Shown piece by piece: positions 8,489 to 17,160 of a DNA stretch of 64,000 bases (within the stretch, counting starts at the first letter, position 1; every line of letters starts with the position of its first letter). Location of the stretch: the NCBI GenBank assembly GCA_005889225.1, contig VBEW01000016.1, forward strand, positions 2,229 through 66,228, read 5' to 3'. Under the pieces are notes generated by a model. That model had not been told where the DNA came from. It searched no databases and saw only the letters and a program-made list of their open reading frames with translations. The position numbers and the translations under genes are program-made. The stretch is from Chloroflexota bacterium. Its GTDB lineage: Bacteria > Chloroflexota > Dormibacteria > CF-121.

Positions 8489-9535
8489 ATGGCGCCCGCG
8501 GTTGATCTGGTCGAGCCGATCGAATCGGCGCGCGCCGCGGGACTCCGCTACGTCTCGGATCTGAGTCCTGGGATCCGCCGGAAGCGCGCCGGGAAGGGCT
8601 TCATGTATCGCAACAGCGAGGGCCGCACCGTCGATGACCGGGATACGATCCGGCGGATCAAAGGCCTGGCCGTGCCGCCGGCCTGGACCGATGTCTGGAT
8701 CTGCCCCAACCCGCACGGCCATCTGCAAGCGACGGGGCGCGACGCCAGGGGGCGCAAACAGTACCGCTATCACTTGCGCTGGCGCGAGGTTCGCGATGCC
8801 GTCAAGTACGACCGGATGGTGGCCTTTGCCGCGGCCCTGCCAGAGATCCGCGAGCAGACCGACCGCGACCTGGAACGGCCCGGCATGCCGCGAGAGAAGG
8901 TGCTGGCGGCGATTGTCCGGCTGCTCGAGGAGACCCGAATCCGAGTTGGCAATGAGGAGTATCGAAAGGAGAACGGCTCCTTCGGCCTGACAACCCTGCG
9001 AAACCGACATGTTGAAGTGATCGGCTCGGACGTGCACTTTAGCTTTCGGGGCAAGAGCGGCAAGCTGCATCGCGTCGACCTCCAGGACCGGAGGCTGGCG
9101 CGCATCCTCAAGCGATTCCTCGAGATCCCGGGCCAGGAGCTCTTCCAGTTTCTGGACGAAAGCGGAGAGGCCAAGCCCATCGACTCGGCCGATGTCAATG
9201 CCTACCTGCGCGACATCAGCGGCGAGGACTTCACCGCGAAAGACTTCCGCACCTGGGCCGGTACAATCCTCGCCGCCCGATTCCTGTGCGAGACGATCAC
9301 CAGGCCGAACACCCGTGGTGCCAAGAAGCATCTCGTCCGCGCGATCGCGCGGGTGGCCGACGAGCTCGGCAACACCCCGGCCGTGTGCAAAAAAGGCTAC
9401 ATCCATCCCGCGGTCATCGCCGCCTACCTCGCCGGCGGCTTGAAGCCCGTCAACGAGAAAGATGACGTTGATCCCTACCAGCTCTCCGCCGAAGAGCGCA
9501 GCCTGTTGGCCCTGCTCAGCGCCGAGGCGTCGTAA
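8489..9535 (+). CDS. DNA topoisomerase IB (poxvirus/eukaryotic-type, bacterial TopIB)
   Basis: ~348 aa; FRGKSGK, RTWAGT and C-terminal KKGYIHP (catalytic Tyr context) resemble bacterial TopIB such as Deinococcus enzyme. Confidence 0.75.
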   Translation: MAPAVDLVEPIESARAAGLRYVSDLSPGIRRKRAGKGFMYRNSEGRTVDDRDTIRRIKGLAVPPAWTDVWICPNPHGHLQATGRDARGRKQYRYHLRWREVRDAVKYDRMVAFAAALPEIREQTDRDLERPGMPREKVLAAIVRLLEETRIRVGNEEYRKENGSFGLTTLRNRHVEVIGSDVHFSFRGKSGKLHRVDLQDRRLARILKRFLEIPGQELFQFLDESGEAKPIDSADVNAYLRDISGEDFTAKDFRTWAGTILAARFLCETITRPNTRGAKKHLVRAIARVADELGNTPAVCKKGYIHPAVIAAYLAGGLKPVNEKDDVDPYQLSAEERSLLALLSAEAS

Positions 9536-9537
9536 CC

Positions 9538-9651
9538 CTACTGGCTCAGCAGAAGGTAGGTCGCGATCGAGAGGGCGACGAAGAGTGCGATGATCCCAAC
9601 CGCTGCCAGGGCGGGAAGGGCCGCCGGCCCGCCATTATCGGGCGCCTCCAT
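9538..9651 (-). CDS. Possible 37-aa single-TM mini-protein
   Basis: ATG ORF MEAPDNGGPAALPALAAVGIIALFVALSIATYLLLSQ in intergenic space between convergent genes; no clear SD. Confidence 0.2.
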   Translation of the reverse strand: MEAPDNGGPAALPALAAVGIIALFVALSIATYLLLSQ

Positions 9652-9724
9652 GACAATCCATGGTGACCGGTTCCTCTGAAACGCGCGTGAGGAGACTGTA
9701 TGAATTCGCTAAGGGTTCTCGGCT

Positions 9725-10462
9725 CTAGTACCAGTAGTTCGAGCCTTCGGCCGAGCCCGCAGGGGGCGCGGAGTCGCGAAGCAGTCCCTTTGGCCCGGCC
9801 AGGGTGCGGACCACTTGCTCGACGCGGGCGATGAAGCTGTCGTAGTCCTCACCCGGTTGCGGAGTCAACGGATCGCCGAAGGTGATGCTGGCCGGATGCC
9901 GGCGGGGGATCCGGCGAAAACGCGGGAAGACCTCATAGAGGCCGTCGACATAGGCCGGTACGATCGGGACCCCGGCATCGATCGCCAGGATGGCGGCGCC
10001 TTTCTTGAAGGTGCCGATGTTGCCGGTGCGCGAGAGTGTCCCTTCGGGGAAGATCACGACCGACCAGCCGTGGCCGAGATGCTCCTTCAACCGGTCGAGC
10101 GCCGGCCGAGCGCCGCCAGCGCGCGGGATGGGGAAGGTGTTAATCAACAGCTCGGTCAGCATCGCCTCCCACTTCCGCTTGAAGATCGAGTCGGCGGCGG
10201 CCACGACAAACGCCCGGAAGCGGAACCGACTGGGCAGCGCCTGCAACATCACCACGGCGTCCAGGGCGCTGCTGTGGTTGGAAACGAAGATGGCGCCCCC
10301 CTTGATGGCTTTGACGCGATACCGGTCGATCACCGTCAGTGGCGAGAAGGCGCCCATCAACGGGAAGATGATGAAGGTCTGCAAGATGGCCCGGGCACCG
10401 CGCACGGTTCGGGCCCGCGGCCACGACGGAAGCTTGACCGGCGGCTGGCTGGTCGTTTCCAC
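9725..10462 (-). CDS. plsC: 1-acyl-sn-glycerol-3-phosphate acyltransferase (PlsC/LPLAT family)
   Basis: NHSSALD (HX4D) and FPEGTLSRTG motifs; GTG start at 10462 preceded by GGAGGGGAG; longer track ORF would overlap glpX upstream. Confidence 0.7.
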   Translation of the reverse strand: METTSQPPVKLPSWPRARTVRGARAILQTFIIFPLMGAFSPLTVIDRYRVKAIKGGAIFVSNHSSALDAVVMLQALPSRFRFRAFVVAAADSIFKRKWEAMLTELLINTFPIPRAGGARPALDRLKEHLGHGWSVVIFPEGTLSRTGNIGTFKKGAAILAIDAGVPIVPAYVDGLYEVFPRFRRIPRRHPASITFGDPLTPQPGEDYDSFIARVEQVVRTLAGPKGLLRDSAPPAGSAEGSNYWY

Positions 10463-10536
10463 CTTTCTCCCCTCCGGTGGGCCGCCCGCTAAAGTTAGGT
10501 TCGGGTGCCGATGCCGGAACATCGCAAGCGTATCTG

Positions 10537-11562
10537 ATGGCCCGACCACTCCGAGCGACGGAAAACGTCTCGGCGGAGATCAGTCGCAACCTGGCTCTCG
10601 AACTGGTCCGGGTGACCGAGGCGGGGGCGCTCGCCAGCGCCCGCTGGATGGGCCGCGGCGATAAGAACACTGCTGACGGTGCGGCCGTCGACGCCATGCG
10701 GCGGGCCCTCGGCATGATCCCGATGGACGGCGTGGTTGTCATCGGCGAGGGCGAGAAGGATGAGGCGCCCATGCTTTACATCGGTGAGAAGATCGGGACC
10801 GGCGACCCGCCCGAGGTTGACGTCGCCGTCGACCCGATCGACGGCACCACGCTACTGTCGAAGGGGCTTCCGAACGCGATCTCGGTGGTCGCCATGGCAG
10901 CCGGGCGAGGATCGCTCTACGACGCCAAGCACGTCGCCTACATGCACAAGATCGCGACCGGCGCCGACGCGTCCGGCACCCTGAACATCGAAGATCCTGT
11001 CGCCGCCAACCTGCAGCGGGTGGCCCGGGCCAAGCGGATGCGGGTCAGCAACCTGACCGTGGTTATCCTGGATCGGCCCCGGCATGAGGATCTGATCAAA
11101 GAAGTCCGCGAAACCGGGGCGCGCATCAAGTTGATCAGTGACGGCGATGTGGCCGGAGCCATGATGACGGCAATCGACGGTTCGGGACTCGACGTGCTGC
11201 TCGGGATCGGGGGCTCGCCCGAGGCGGTGCTGGCGGCGGCCGCGCTCAAATGCCTCGGCGGCGAGATTCAATGCAAGCTCTACGCCCGTAACCCTGAAGA
11301 GAAGGACAAGGCCGAGGCCGCCGGCGCCGACTTCGATCGGGTGCTGGGCATCGACGACCTGGTCCGCAGTGATGACGTCTTCTTCGCCGCGACCGGCGTT
11401 ACCGACGGCGAGGTCCTCCAGGGCGTGAAATATCACATGAACTGGGCGGAAACAGAATCGCTGGTCACACGTAGCCGTTCAGGCACCCTGCGGCGCATCT
11501 ACGCCCGCCACCACTGGGGATACAAACAGCGGGAGTGGCTCGGGCAGCCGGAGGAGGGCTAG
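10537..11562 (+). CDS. glpX: Fructose-1,6-bisphosphatase class II (GlpX)
   Basis: LALELVRVTEAGALASARWMGRGDKNTADGAAVDAMR and downstream GlpX blocks; ~342 aa. Confidence 0.85.
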   Translation: MARPLRATENVSAEISRNLALELVRVTEAGALASARWMGRGDKNTADGAAVDAMRRALGMIPMDGVVVIGEGEKDEAPMLYIGEKIGTGDPPEVDVAVDPIDGTTLLSKGLPNAISVVAMAAGRGSLYDAKHVAYMHKIATGADASGTLNIEDPVAANLQRVARAKRMRVSNLTVVILDRPRHEDLIKEVRETGARIKLISDGDVAGAMMTAIDGSGLDVLLGIGGSPEAVLAAAALKCLGGEIQCKLYARNPEEKDKAEAAGADFDRVLGIDDLVRSDDVFFAATGVTDGEVLQGVKYHMNWAETESLVTRSRSGTLRRIYARHHWGYKQREWLGQPEEG

Positions 11563-11573
11563 ACTGGCGAGCC

Positions 11574-13859
11574 CTAACTCTTTAGGGTCGTCTGCGCCGC
11601 ATTGAACGGAGAAACGACCGACTCGCCGCAGTGGAGGCAGTAGCGGGCGCCCTCGGGTAGCAGCCGGTGGCAGCGCGGGCAGAGATGCATGCCGCCATCG
11701 AGCGAAAACAGGAAGTCCGGCCAGGCATCGGCCGTCTCCGGCCCGACCAGCGTGACGGTGTCGAGCAGCTCATCGATCTCCTTGCCAACAAGTTCTTTCT
11801 TTTCGATCAAGACCCTCGCCAAGCGGTCGATGGCGTCCTTGTTCTTTACCATCAGACGCCAACAATCGACATAGGCGCTGCCCAGAATTTGCGCGACATC
11901 ACGCGCTTTTTCTCGATCCCGCAGAACGGTGGCGACGACGTTGGGATCACCCTGAGGCGCCTGCAAAGCGGCGGCCGCCGAAATCAGGCGATGGCCGATC
12001 ATTTCCGCGCGGAGGCTGTCCTCGTCATTTCGCCGGTCGGGACCCATCCCAAACACGCCCACCATGAGGGCGGCATCTCTCGTGGCAGACATGAGGTCGC
12101 CTGACACGCCCTGGCTGTTTTCGCCGTAGAAGACGCGCTCGACCGCGATACTTCCGATACCCCAGCGAAGATCCCCAGCCATTCGTGAGCGGAACTTGGA
12201 GAACGATTCTTCGGCGTCCACTGCCTGGTGGTGCCCAAGAGATCCTCCGCGTTTGCGGATCGATAGCCGGACCGATTTCATGTCGGGTATGAAGAAGCGA
12301 TTCGCCACGGCGTGACCCATCTCGTGCCGGGCAGTAGCCAGTGTTTCCCTCTCTGAGTATTGGATTGGCTCGGCGAGCCCTGCCTCGATATTCGCCATGG
12401 CCTCCCGAAGGTCTTCCCAAACAACGCCCTCGCGGCCGTGTTCGAAGGCGTACATCAGGCCGACGGAGAGTGCTTGCTGGATCATTGCTGGCGAGTAACC
12501 CTTCGTTATGCGAGCGAACTCGTCGCGCATGTCAGGTTCGTCGAGTCGCTTATCGTGGCGGACCCGGCTGAAGTAGAGGTCCGCGATGTCTTTGCGATCG
12601 TCGAAGTCCGGCATCTTGAATATGATCTGGCGTCCGAATCGGCCCGGACGGGTGACAGCCTCGTCAAGCACCTGCGGCCGATTGGTCGCCCCCATAAAGA
12701 AAATGTTGTAGCGGGGCGGTTTCAGCGGCGCCAAGCGCAGAGGAAGCGTGCGCTTGCCCAATCGGATCCGCTGCGGAATGATGAAGGTGGCGTCGAGAAG
12801 GGCGTTGACGGTCTTACGGATTGCCCGCCGGATGGCGCTCGGGTTATCGAGGCCATCCATGACGACGAGCAGCATGTTGAGCGCCATCATGCCGCCGCCG
12901 AACATGCCGCCCATCATCCCGCCGCCGCCCATCCCGGCGCGCCGGCTGCCGAGCGTGTCGAATTCGTCGATGAAGATGGCGCAGCCTCCCCACTTCTTCG
13001 CCCGCTTCTTTGCCATCCGGGACATCATCAGGACCTTGAGCACATCCATCCCGAGAAACATGCCGACAAAGGAGGCGCCCGAGGTGACCAGGATGGGCAG
13101 TTCCAGGGTGCTGGCGATCGCCTTGGCCAGCATGGTCTTCCCAGTCCCGGGCGGACCAACCATCAAGATGCCGCGCTCGCGCAGGCCGCCGGACTGAATG
13201 TACTTGTTCCCCTGCTCGATCAGGCGGAGGATTTTCTGCATTTCTTCGACGGCCGCCTTCTGGCCGCGGACATCCGACAGCCTGACCTGCCAGCTGGCGT
13301 CCCCCGGATCGCTGGGGTTCAGCCCCATGCGGGCATAGAGTAAGAACGGCCCGAAGAACAGCAGGAAGTTGGCGAGGAGAAGGGCGAGGACATAGATCAG
13401 CGACTGCAACATGCTGCCGATGAGGCCCGGCGCCGCCAGCAGCGCTGTTGTGGCGCTCAGATCGAGGACGACGACGTAGTAGCCCAGGTAGAGCGCCGTC
13501 AGCACGCTCAGCCAGAGGAGGCGGGTCCAGGTCGCGGCGCGGCCGACGTCGATGATGCGGCGCTCGCGCGAGGTGCGCTCGCGAATGATTTCGCGATTGA
13601 TCATGGCGCGCCGGAAGACCGTGAACAGGCCGCGCAGGTAGAGCATGGTGCCGGCCGCCAGCAGGAGGGACGTCACGATCGGGTAGCCGCGAATCAGCAG
13701 GAAGGTGAACATGCTGAGCCCGGTCCCCAGCCAGACTAGGGCGAGCAATGGGGTAAGGGCGCTGAAAGCTCGAGCGGTCACCGGCGGTTCGCTCGGCGGT
13801 AGTGCCGGCGGCGCGGGCGGGTCCGGCGGTTCGGGCGCGCGTAGGGTGGGATCTACCAT
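11574..13859 (-). CDS. Atypical FtsH-like membrane AAA+ / M41 zinc metalloprotease with C-terminal zinc ribbon
   Basis: 4-5 N-terminal TM helices without periplasmic domain; Walker A GPPGTGKT, Walker B IFIDEFD, Gly/Met-rich loop GMGGGGMMGGMFGGGMM, ~45-aa insertion before ATNRP, HEMGHAV zinc motif, C-terminal CPRCHRLL...CLHCG. Confidence 0.8.
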   Translation of the reverse strand: MVDPTLRAPEPPDPPAPPALPPSEPPVTARAFSALTPLLALVWLGTGLSMFTFLLIRGYPIVTSLLLAAGTMLYLRGLFTVFRRAMINREIIRERTSRERRIIDVGRAATWTRLLWLSVLTALYLGYYVVVLDLSATTALLAAPGLIGSMLQSLIYVLALLLANFLLFFGPFLLYARMGLNPSDPGDASWQVRLSDVRGQKAAVEEMQKILRLIEQGNKYIQSGGLRERGILMVGPPGTGKTMLAKAIASTLELPILVTSGASFVGMFLGMDVLKVLMMSRMAKKRAKKWGGCAIFIDEFDTLGSRRAGMGGGGMMGGMFGGGMMALNMLLVVMDGLDNPSAIRRAIRKTVNALLDATFIIPQRIRLGKRTLPLRLAPLKPPRYNIFFMGATNRPQVLDEAVTRPGRFGRQIIFKMPDFDDRKDIADLYFSRVRHDKRLDEPDMRDEFARITKGYSPAMIQQALSVGLMYAFEHGREGVVWEDLREAMANIEAGLAEPIQYSERETLATARHEMGHAVANRFFIPDMKSVRLSIRKRGGSLGHHQAVDAEESFSKFRSRMAGDLRWGIGSIAVERVFYGENSQGVSGDLMSATRDAALMVGVFGMGPDRRNDEDSLRAEMIGHRLISAAAALQAPQGDPNVVATVLRDREKARDVAQILGSAYVDCWRLMVKNKDAIDRLARVLIEKKELVGKEIDELLDTVTLVGPETADAWPDFLFSLDGGMHLCPRCHRLLPEGARYCLHCGESVVSPFNAAQTTLKS

Positions 13860-13866
13860 CGCTGGC

Positions 13867-14523
13867 TCATTTTCTCACCACTTCCGGGCTGATCTGTAAG
13901 CTCTGCCTTGCCAGACGCCAGCGGTAGATCACATAGGGACCAAGGCTGAGGAAGCCGCAGGTGATCGTGCCATGGACCAGCGTCACAGTCAGGAGAGAGG
14001 GTGGCTGCGGCTGCCAGAGATAGATCAGTCCGAGAGCCAGACCGGCGGCGGTCGCGCCAATGACGGGCCGCCAATCCCAGCGGTCCAGCAAGTGATACGC
14101 GCCAAAGACCGCCGTGGTCACCACGACCGCCGCGGCCGGCGCGTTCCACCACCGGCTCAGACCTCCCTGCATGAATCCCCGGAAGAACAACTCTTCAATC
14201 GGCGCGTTGAGGGCAAGATAGTAGACACTCTGGACGGCAAGGTCAGGACCGTCAGGCACGAACCAGTGCCGTCGACGCCGAGCGAGATATTCCGCGAACC
14301 AGGCAGCGATCACGAATCCGGCGAGCGCCAGGGGGATGCTGACGAGGAGATCGCGAATCGGATGGGCGAGCGTGACTCCAAGGGCGGTCACGGGGGTGCC
14401 GGTCAGCCGGATGAATATCAGGGGCACGATCGTCAGCGGGGCCAGCCGGATGAGAAGGTCGAGCCGCATCCATCGCCAGCTGTCGGCTACCGTCGTTCTA
14501 TACAGCACGCCCCGGGCGGCCAT
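13867..14523 (-). CDS. CPBP family intramembrane glutamic/metallo endopeptidase (CAAX protease / Abi family)
   Basis: EELFFRG and FGAYH motifs in polytopic membrane protein; 8-nt gap to FtsH-like gene. Confidence 0.75.
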   Translation of the reverse strand: MAARGVLYRTTVADSWRWMRLDLLIRLAPLTIVPLIFIRLTGTPVTALGVTLAHPIRDLLVSIPLALAGFVIAAWFAEYLARRRRHWFVPDGPDLAVQSVYYLALNAPIEELFFRGFMQGGLSRWWNAPAAAVVVTTAVFGAYHLLDRWDWRPVIGATAAGLALGLIYLWQPQPPSLLTVTLVHGTITCGFLSLGPYVIYRWRLARQSLQISPEVVRK

Positions 14524-15503
14524 TAGCTAACCGTCAGGTCGATACTGAGTGGTGGGCCGCCATTCGCCGCCGACATCGGTTCAGACGCCTCGCCTAGAAA
14601 GACCTGGACGGGAATTTGAAACCGTCCGGTCTCGCGAGGAAGGACGCCGATCAACAGGATCGTCTGGCCGCCAGGTGGCAGCGCGGTGGGGAATTCCAGG
14701 GTCTGGCCATCCGGGAGCACTCGTGCCTGACTCGACAGATAGCTGAACTCAAACGACGATTGGATCGCCGGGAAACGCAACCGGATGGCCTTGATCGCGA
14801 TTGGGCCGGTGTTGGCGACGTGGATCTGCCAGACGGCGACTTCGCTCATTGGAACCTGCGGCTCGTAGATCGCCGTCAAGCGCGCATCGGCGTCCGCATC
14901 GGTTGGCTCCCGGACTTTCGCCCCGAGGGCGAGCGTTGTCAGGATGCGGCCATCCGGTACCGCAACCCGGGCTGCCGTCGAGCCGCCATTCCTGGGCGTC
15001 AGTGTCAGGTCGATTTCTGAATCCATCGCCCTGGTCGGAACCAGGCTGACTGATAGCGTTTCAGTGCCTCCGGGAGGAATGACGCCGGCGAAGAAGATCG
15101 ACGTTCCGCTGATAGTGGCGGCCGATTCGGCCCCTGTGGCGCCCAGGACTCTCCAGCCCGGGTCCAGCCGACTGAAGCGCAACGTGAGTCCGTGCACCAC
15201 ACGTTGGTCTTGATTGTGGACGGTCAGGCTGAAGCTGAGCGGAACCCCGGAGATCTTTTGGTTGGATGACCAGATTGCGCTGGTCAGGGTGAGATCGTAA
15301 GGGGCGATTGTTGCTCCGGCACTGCGACCGAGTGACCGAATCGGGTTCCATAGGGCGACCGCGGCGCCGACCAGAATAACGAGAGCCGCCCCGAATGCGA
15401 CCCACGGCCAGGCGCGCGGCCGAGGCGCGTCGGTGAGCCCGCCGACGTACTCGACCGGCGGTTGGGTCGGCGGCTCAACTACCGGGTGGAGCGGCTCCTC
15501 CAT
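14523..15503 (-). CDS. Membrane-anchored protein with two tandem beta-sandwich (DUF11/CARDB-like) repeats
   Basis: N-terminal TM anchor; internal repeat LTLRFSRL...PPGGTETLSVSLVP / IRLRFPAI...PPGGQTILLIGVLP; overlaps CPBP gene start (operon). Confidence 0.55.
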   Translation of the reverse strand: MEEPLHPVVEPPTQPPVEYVGGLTDAPRPRAWPWVAFGAALVILVGAAVALWNPIRSLGRSAGATIAPYDLTLTSAIWSSNQKISGVPLSFSLTVHNQDQRVVHGLTLRFSRLDPGWRVLGATGAESAATISGTSIFFAGVIPPGGTETLSVSLVPTRAMDSEIDLTLTPRNGGSTAARVAVPDGRILTTLALGAKVREPTDADADARLTAIYEPQVPMSEVAVWQIHVANTGPIAIKAIRLRFPAIQSSFEFSYLSSQARVLPDGQTLEFPTALPPGGQTILLIGVLPRETGRFQIPVQVFLGEASEPMSAANGGPPLSIDLTVS

Positions 15504-15548
15504 GGCTACCTTCTACCATCTGCGGCGCCGGGTTGCGTCAGTCCGTCG

Positions 15549-15980
15549 CTACGACCTCGAGATCCCGGGCAGTACCGGCCGCTCGATCTCGATGGGAGCC
15601 GCATCGTCCACTGCCTCGATCTCCGCTTGCTCGATCCGGGCTTCGCGTCGCAGCAGACCCAGGAGGTCGTTCCACAGCCTCGTACCCAGCGCGATCAAAA
15701 CCGCGTCACCGGCCGCGTTGACGGCGTTGCGAGCCAGCGATGGCGGCCTGCCATCGACATCTGCCAGCAGGTGGGGGCGGTAGACGGCCGCGAGGACGAT
15801 CCCGACCGAGGTCTCCACGCATCGGCGGCAATGCACGAACTCATCGAGGCGCGGATGGACTGTGGAGAGCCGGCGGCGAGCTGGCTCGAAGATTCCGCCC
15901 TCCACGAAGGTGCAGCTGAGCTGGTGGCCGATCGCGGCGAGGAAAAAGAAACGCAGCATCGCCCGGCCGAGGCTCATCAT
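15549..15980 (-). CDS. Hypothetical protein translationally coupled to marR (ATGA overlap)
   Basis: ATG overlaps marR stop; Cys/His-containing N-terminus (SCTFVEGG...HCRRC); no family recognised. Confidence 0.4.
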   Translation of the reverse strand: MMSLGRAMLRFFFLAAIGHQLSCTFVEGGIFEPARRRLSTVHPRLDEFVHCRRCVETSVGIVLAAVYRPHLLADVDGRPPSLARNAVNAAGDAVLIALGTRLWNDLLGLLRREARIEQAEIEAVDDAAPIEIERPVLPGISRS

Positions 15981-16450
15981 TTCGAGCTTACCCGATCGCC
16001 GGTCAAGGGCTCGAGCGCGTCGGCGAGCTCGTCGAGCTGGGCGGGCGAAAGCCGCCGGGCGAAGTGCTGCCGGACGCCGCGCAGGTGTAAGGGTCGCGCC
16101 CGGCGGAGCCGCGCGGTGCCTTCCGTTGTCAGGATCGCCCAGGTCCCGCGACGGTCGGTGGCGCAGTTTCCCCGTTTGACCAGTCCGGCCCGAACCAGCC
16201 GGTCGACGAGCCGCGTGATCCCGCTGGGGCTCAGTCGAACGCGCTCGGACAGGTCACTCATGCGCAGCCGGCCATCCTCGGCGCGCCCGAGCTGCGCGAG
16301 GACGTCGAATTCGGCCAACGTCATCCCCTCGCCGGCGACCAACTCAGCCTCCAGGCGGCGCAACAGGGTCGCCTGGGCGTCCAGGAAGGCGCGCCAGGCC
16401 CGCAATTCAGCCGGTTTCAGTTCACTCCCCACGGGAATATATTGCCCCAT
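15977..16450 (-). CDS. MarR family transcriptional regulator
   Basis: wHTH block MTLAEFDVLAQLGRAEDGRLRMSDLSERVRLSPSGITRLVDRLVRAGLVKR; track ORF N-terminal extension is artefact; ATG at 16450. Confidence 0.8.
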   Translation of the reverse strand: MGQYIPVGSELKPAELRAWRAFLDAQATLLRRLEAELVAGEGMTLAEFDVLAQLGRAEDGRLRMSDLSERVRLSPSGITRLVDRLVRAGLVKRGNCATDRRGTWAILTTEGTARLRRARPLHLRGVRQHFARRLSPAQLDELADALEPLTGDRVSSK

Positions 16451-16454
16451 TAGT

Positions 16455-16487
16455 TTGTTGCTTTGAGTAATGTTGCTCACGCAACAA
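16455..16487. promoter_or_regulatory. Candidate MarR operator: palindrome TGTTGC-tcac-GCAACA (16471-16486) plus upstream half-site TTGTTGC (16455-16461)
   Basis: Perfect 6-4-6 inverted repeat in 60-bp divergent intergenic region between marR and yceI. Confidence 0.35.
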
Positions 16488-16510
16488 TCTAGAACCGGGA
16501 GGACTGAGGC

Positions 16511-17089
16511 ATGAAGTGGGCAATTGACGCCTATCACACGAGTGTCACGTTCACGATTCGACACATGATGTCGAGGGTGCGTGGCGAGATGAAACTCAAG
16601 GAGGGGTGGATCGACACCGACAGTGACAACCTGAGCAACGCCAGCGTGGAGGTCGTGCTCGATCCGGCGACCATCAACACCGGCGTGGAGATGCGGGACA
16701 ACCACCTGCGCAGCGCCGACGGTCACTTTGACGTGGCGAATTATCCGACGATTACGTTCAAAAGCACGCGAGTCGAAGGGACGGACCCCTCGCACTTCAA
16801 GGTCATCGGCGATCTGACGATTCACGGGCTTACCAGGGAAGTCACGCTCCACGCCGGTTTCACCGGTGAAGTCAAGGATCCCTGGGGTAACCGCCGCATC
16901 GGGTTTTCCGCCGAGACGAAGGTGTACCGCAAGGACTTCAATCTCACCTGGAACCAGGCGCTGGAAGCCGGCGGGTTCGTCGTCGGGGACGAGGTGAAGC
17001 TGGATATCGACGTCGAGGCGGTGCCGGCCAAGACCCCCGCCGAGGCCAAAGAAGAGATCGAAGCCGAGGCCGCGCTCGAGTCTCGCTAG
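16511..17089 (+). CDS. YceI family (polyisoprenoid-binding) protein
   Basis: YceI-like profile (WAIDAYHTSVTFTIRHMM..., GDLTIHG); SD GGGAGGA upstream. Confidence 0.8.
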   Translation: MKWAIDAYHTSVTFTIRHMMSRVRGEMKLKEGWIDTDSDNLSNASVEVVLDPATINTGVEMRDNHLRSADGHFDVANYPTITFKSTRVEGTDPSHFKVIGDLTIHGLTREVTLHAGFTGEVKDPWGNRRIGFSAETKVYRKDFNLTWNQALEAGGFVVGDEVKLDIDVEAVPAKTPAEAKEEIEAEAALESR

Positions 17090-17108
17090 ACGACTCCCCT
17101 TCATGCAC

Positions 17109-17139
17109 AGCCCGCCAGTACGATGGCGGGCTGTTTTTT
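17109..17139 (+). terminator. Rho-independent terminator (AGCCCGCCA-gtacga-TGGCGGGCT + TGTTTTTTG)
   Basis: 9-bp stem followed by T-tract directly after yceI stop. Confidence 0.65.
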
Positions 17140-17160
17140 GTCAGCCGATAGAGTAACCGC

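Noticed and set aside
15462-16466. 334-aa plus-strand ORF spanning the marR region
   Set aside because: Ser/Arg/Pro-rich, antisense to MarR and the coupled 143-aa gene, which have a recognisable wHTH and ATGA coupling.
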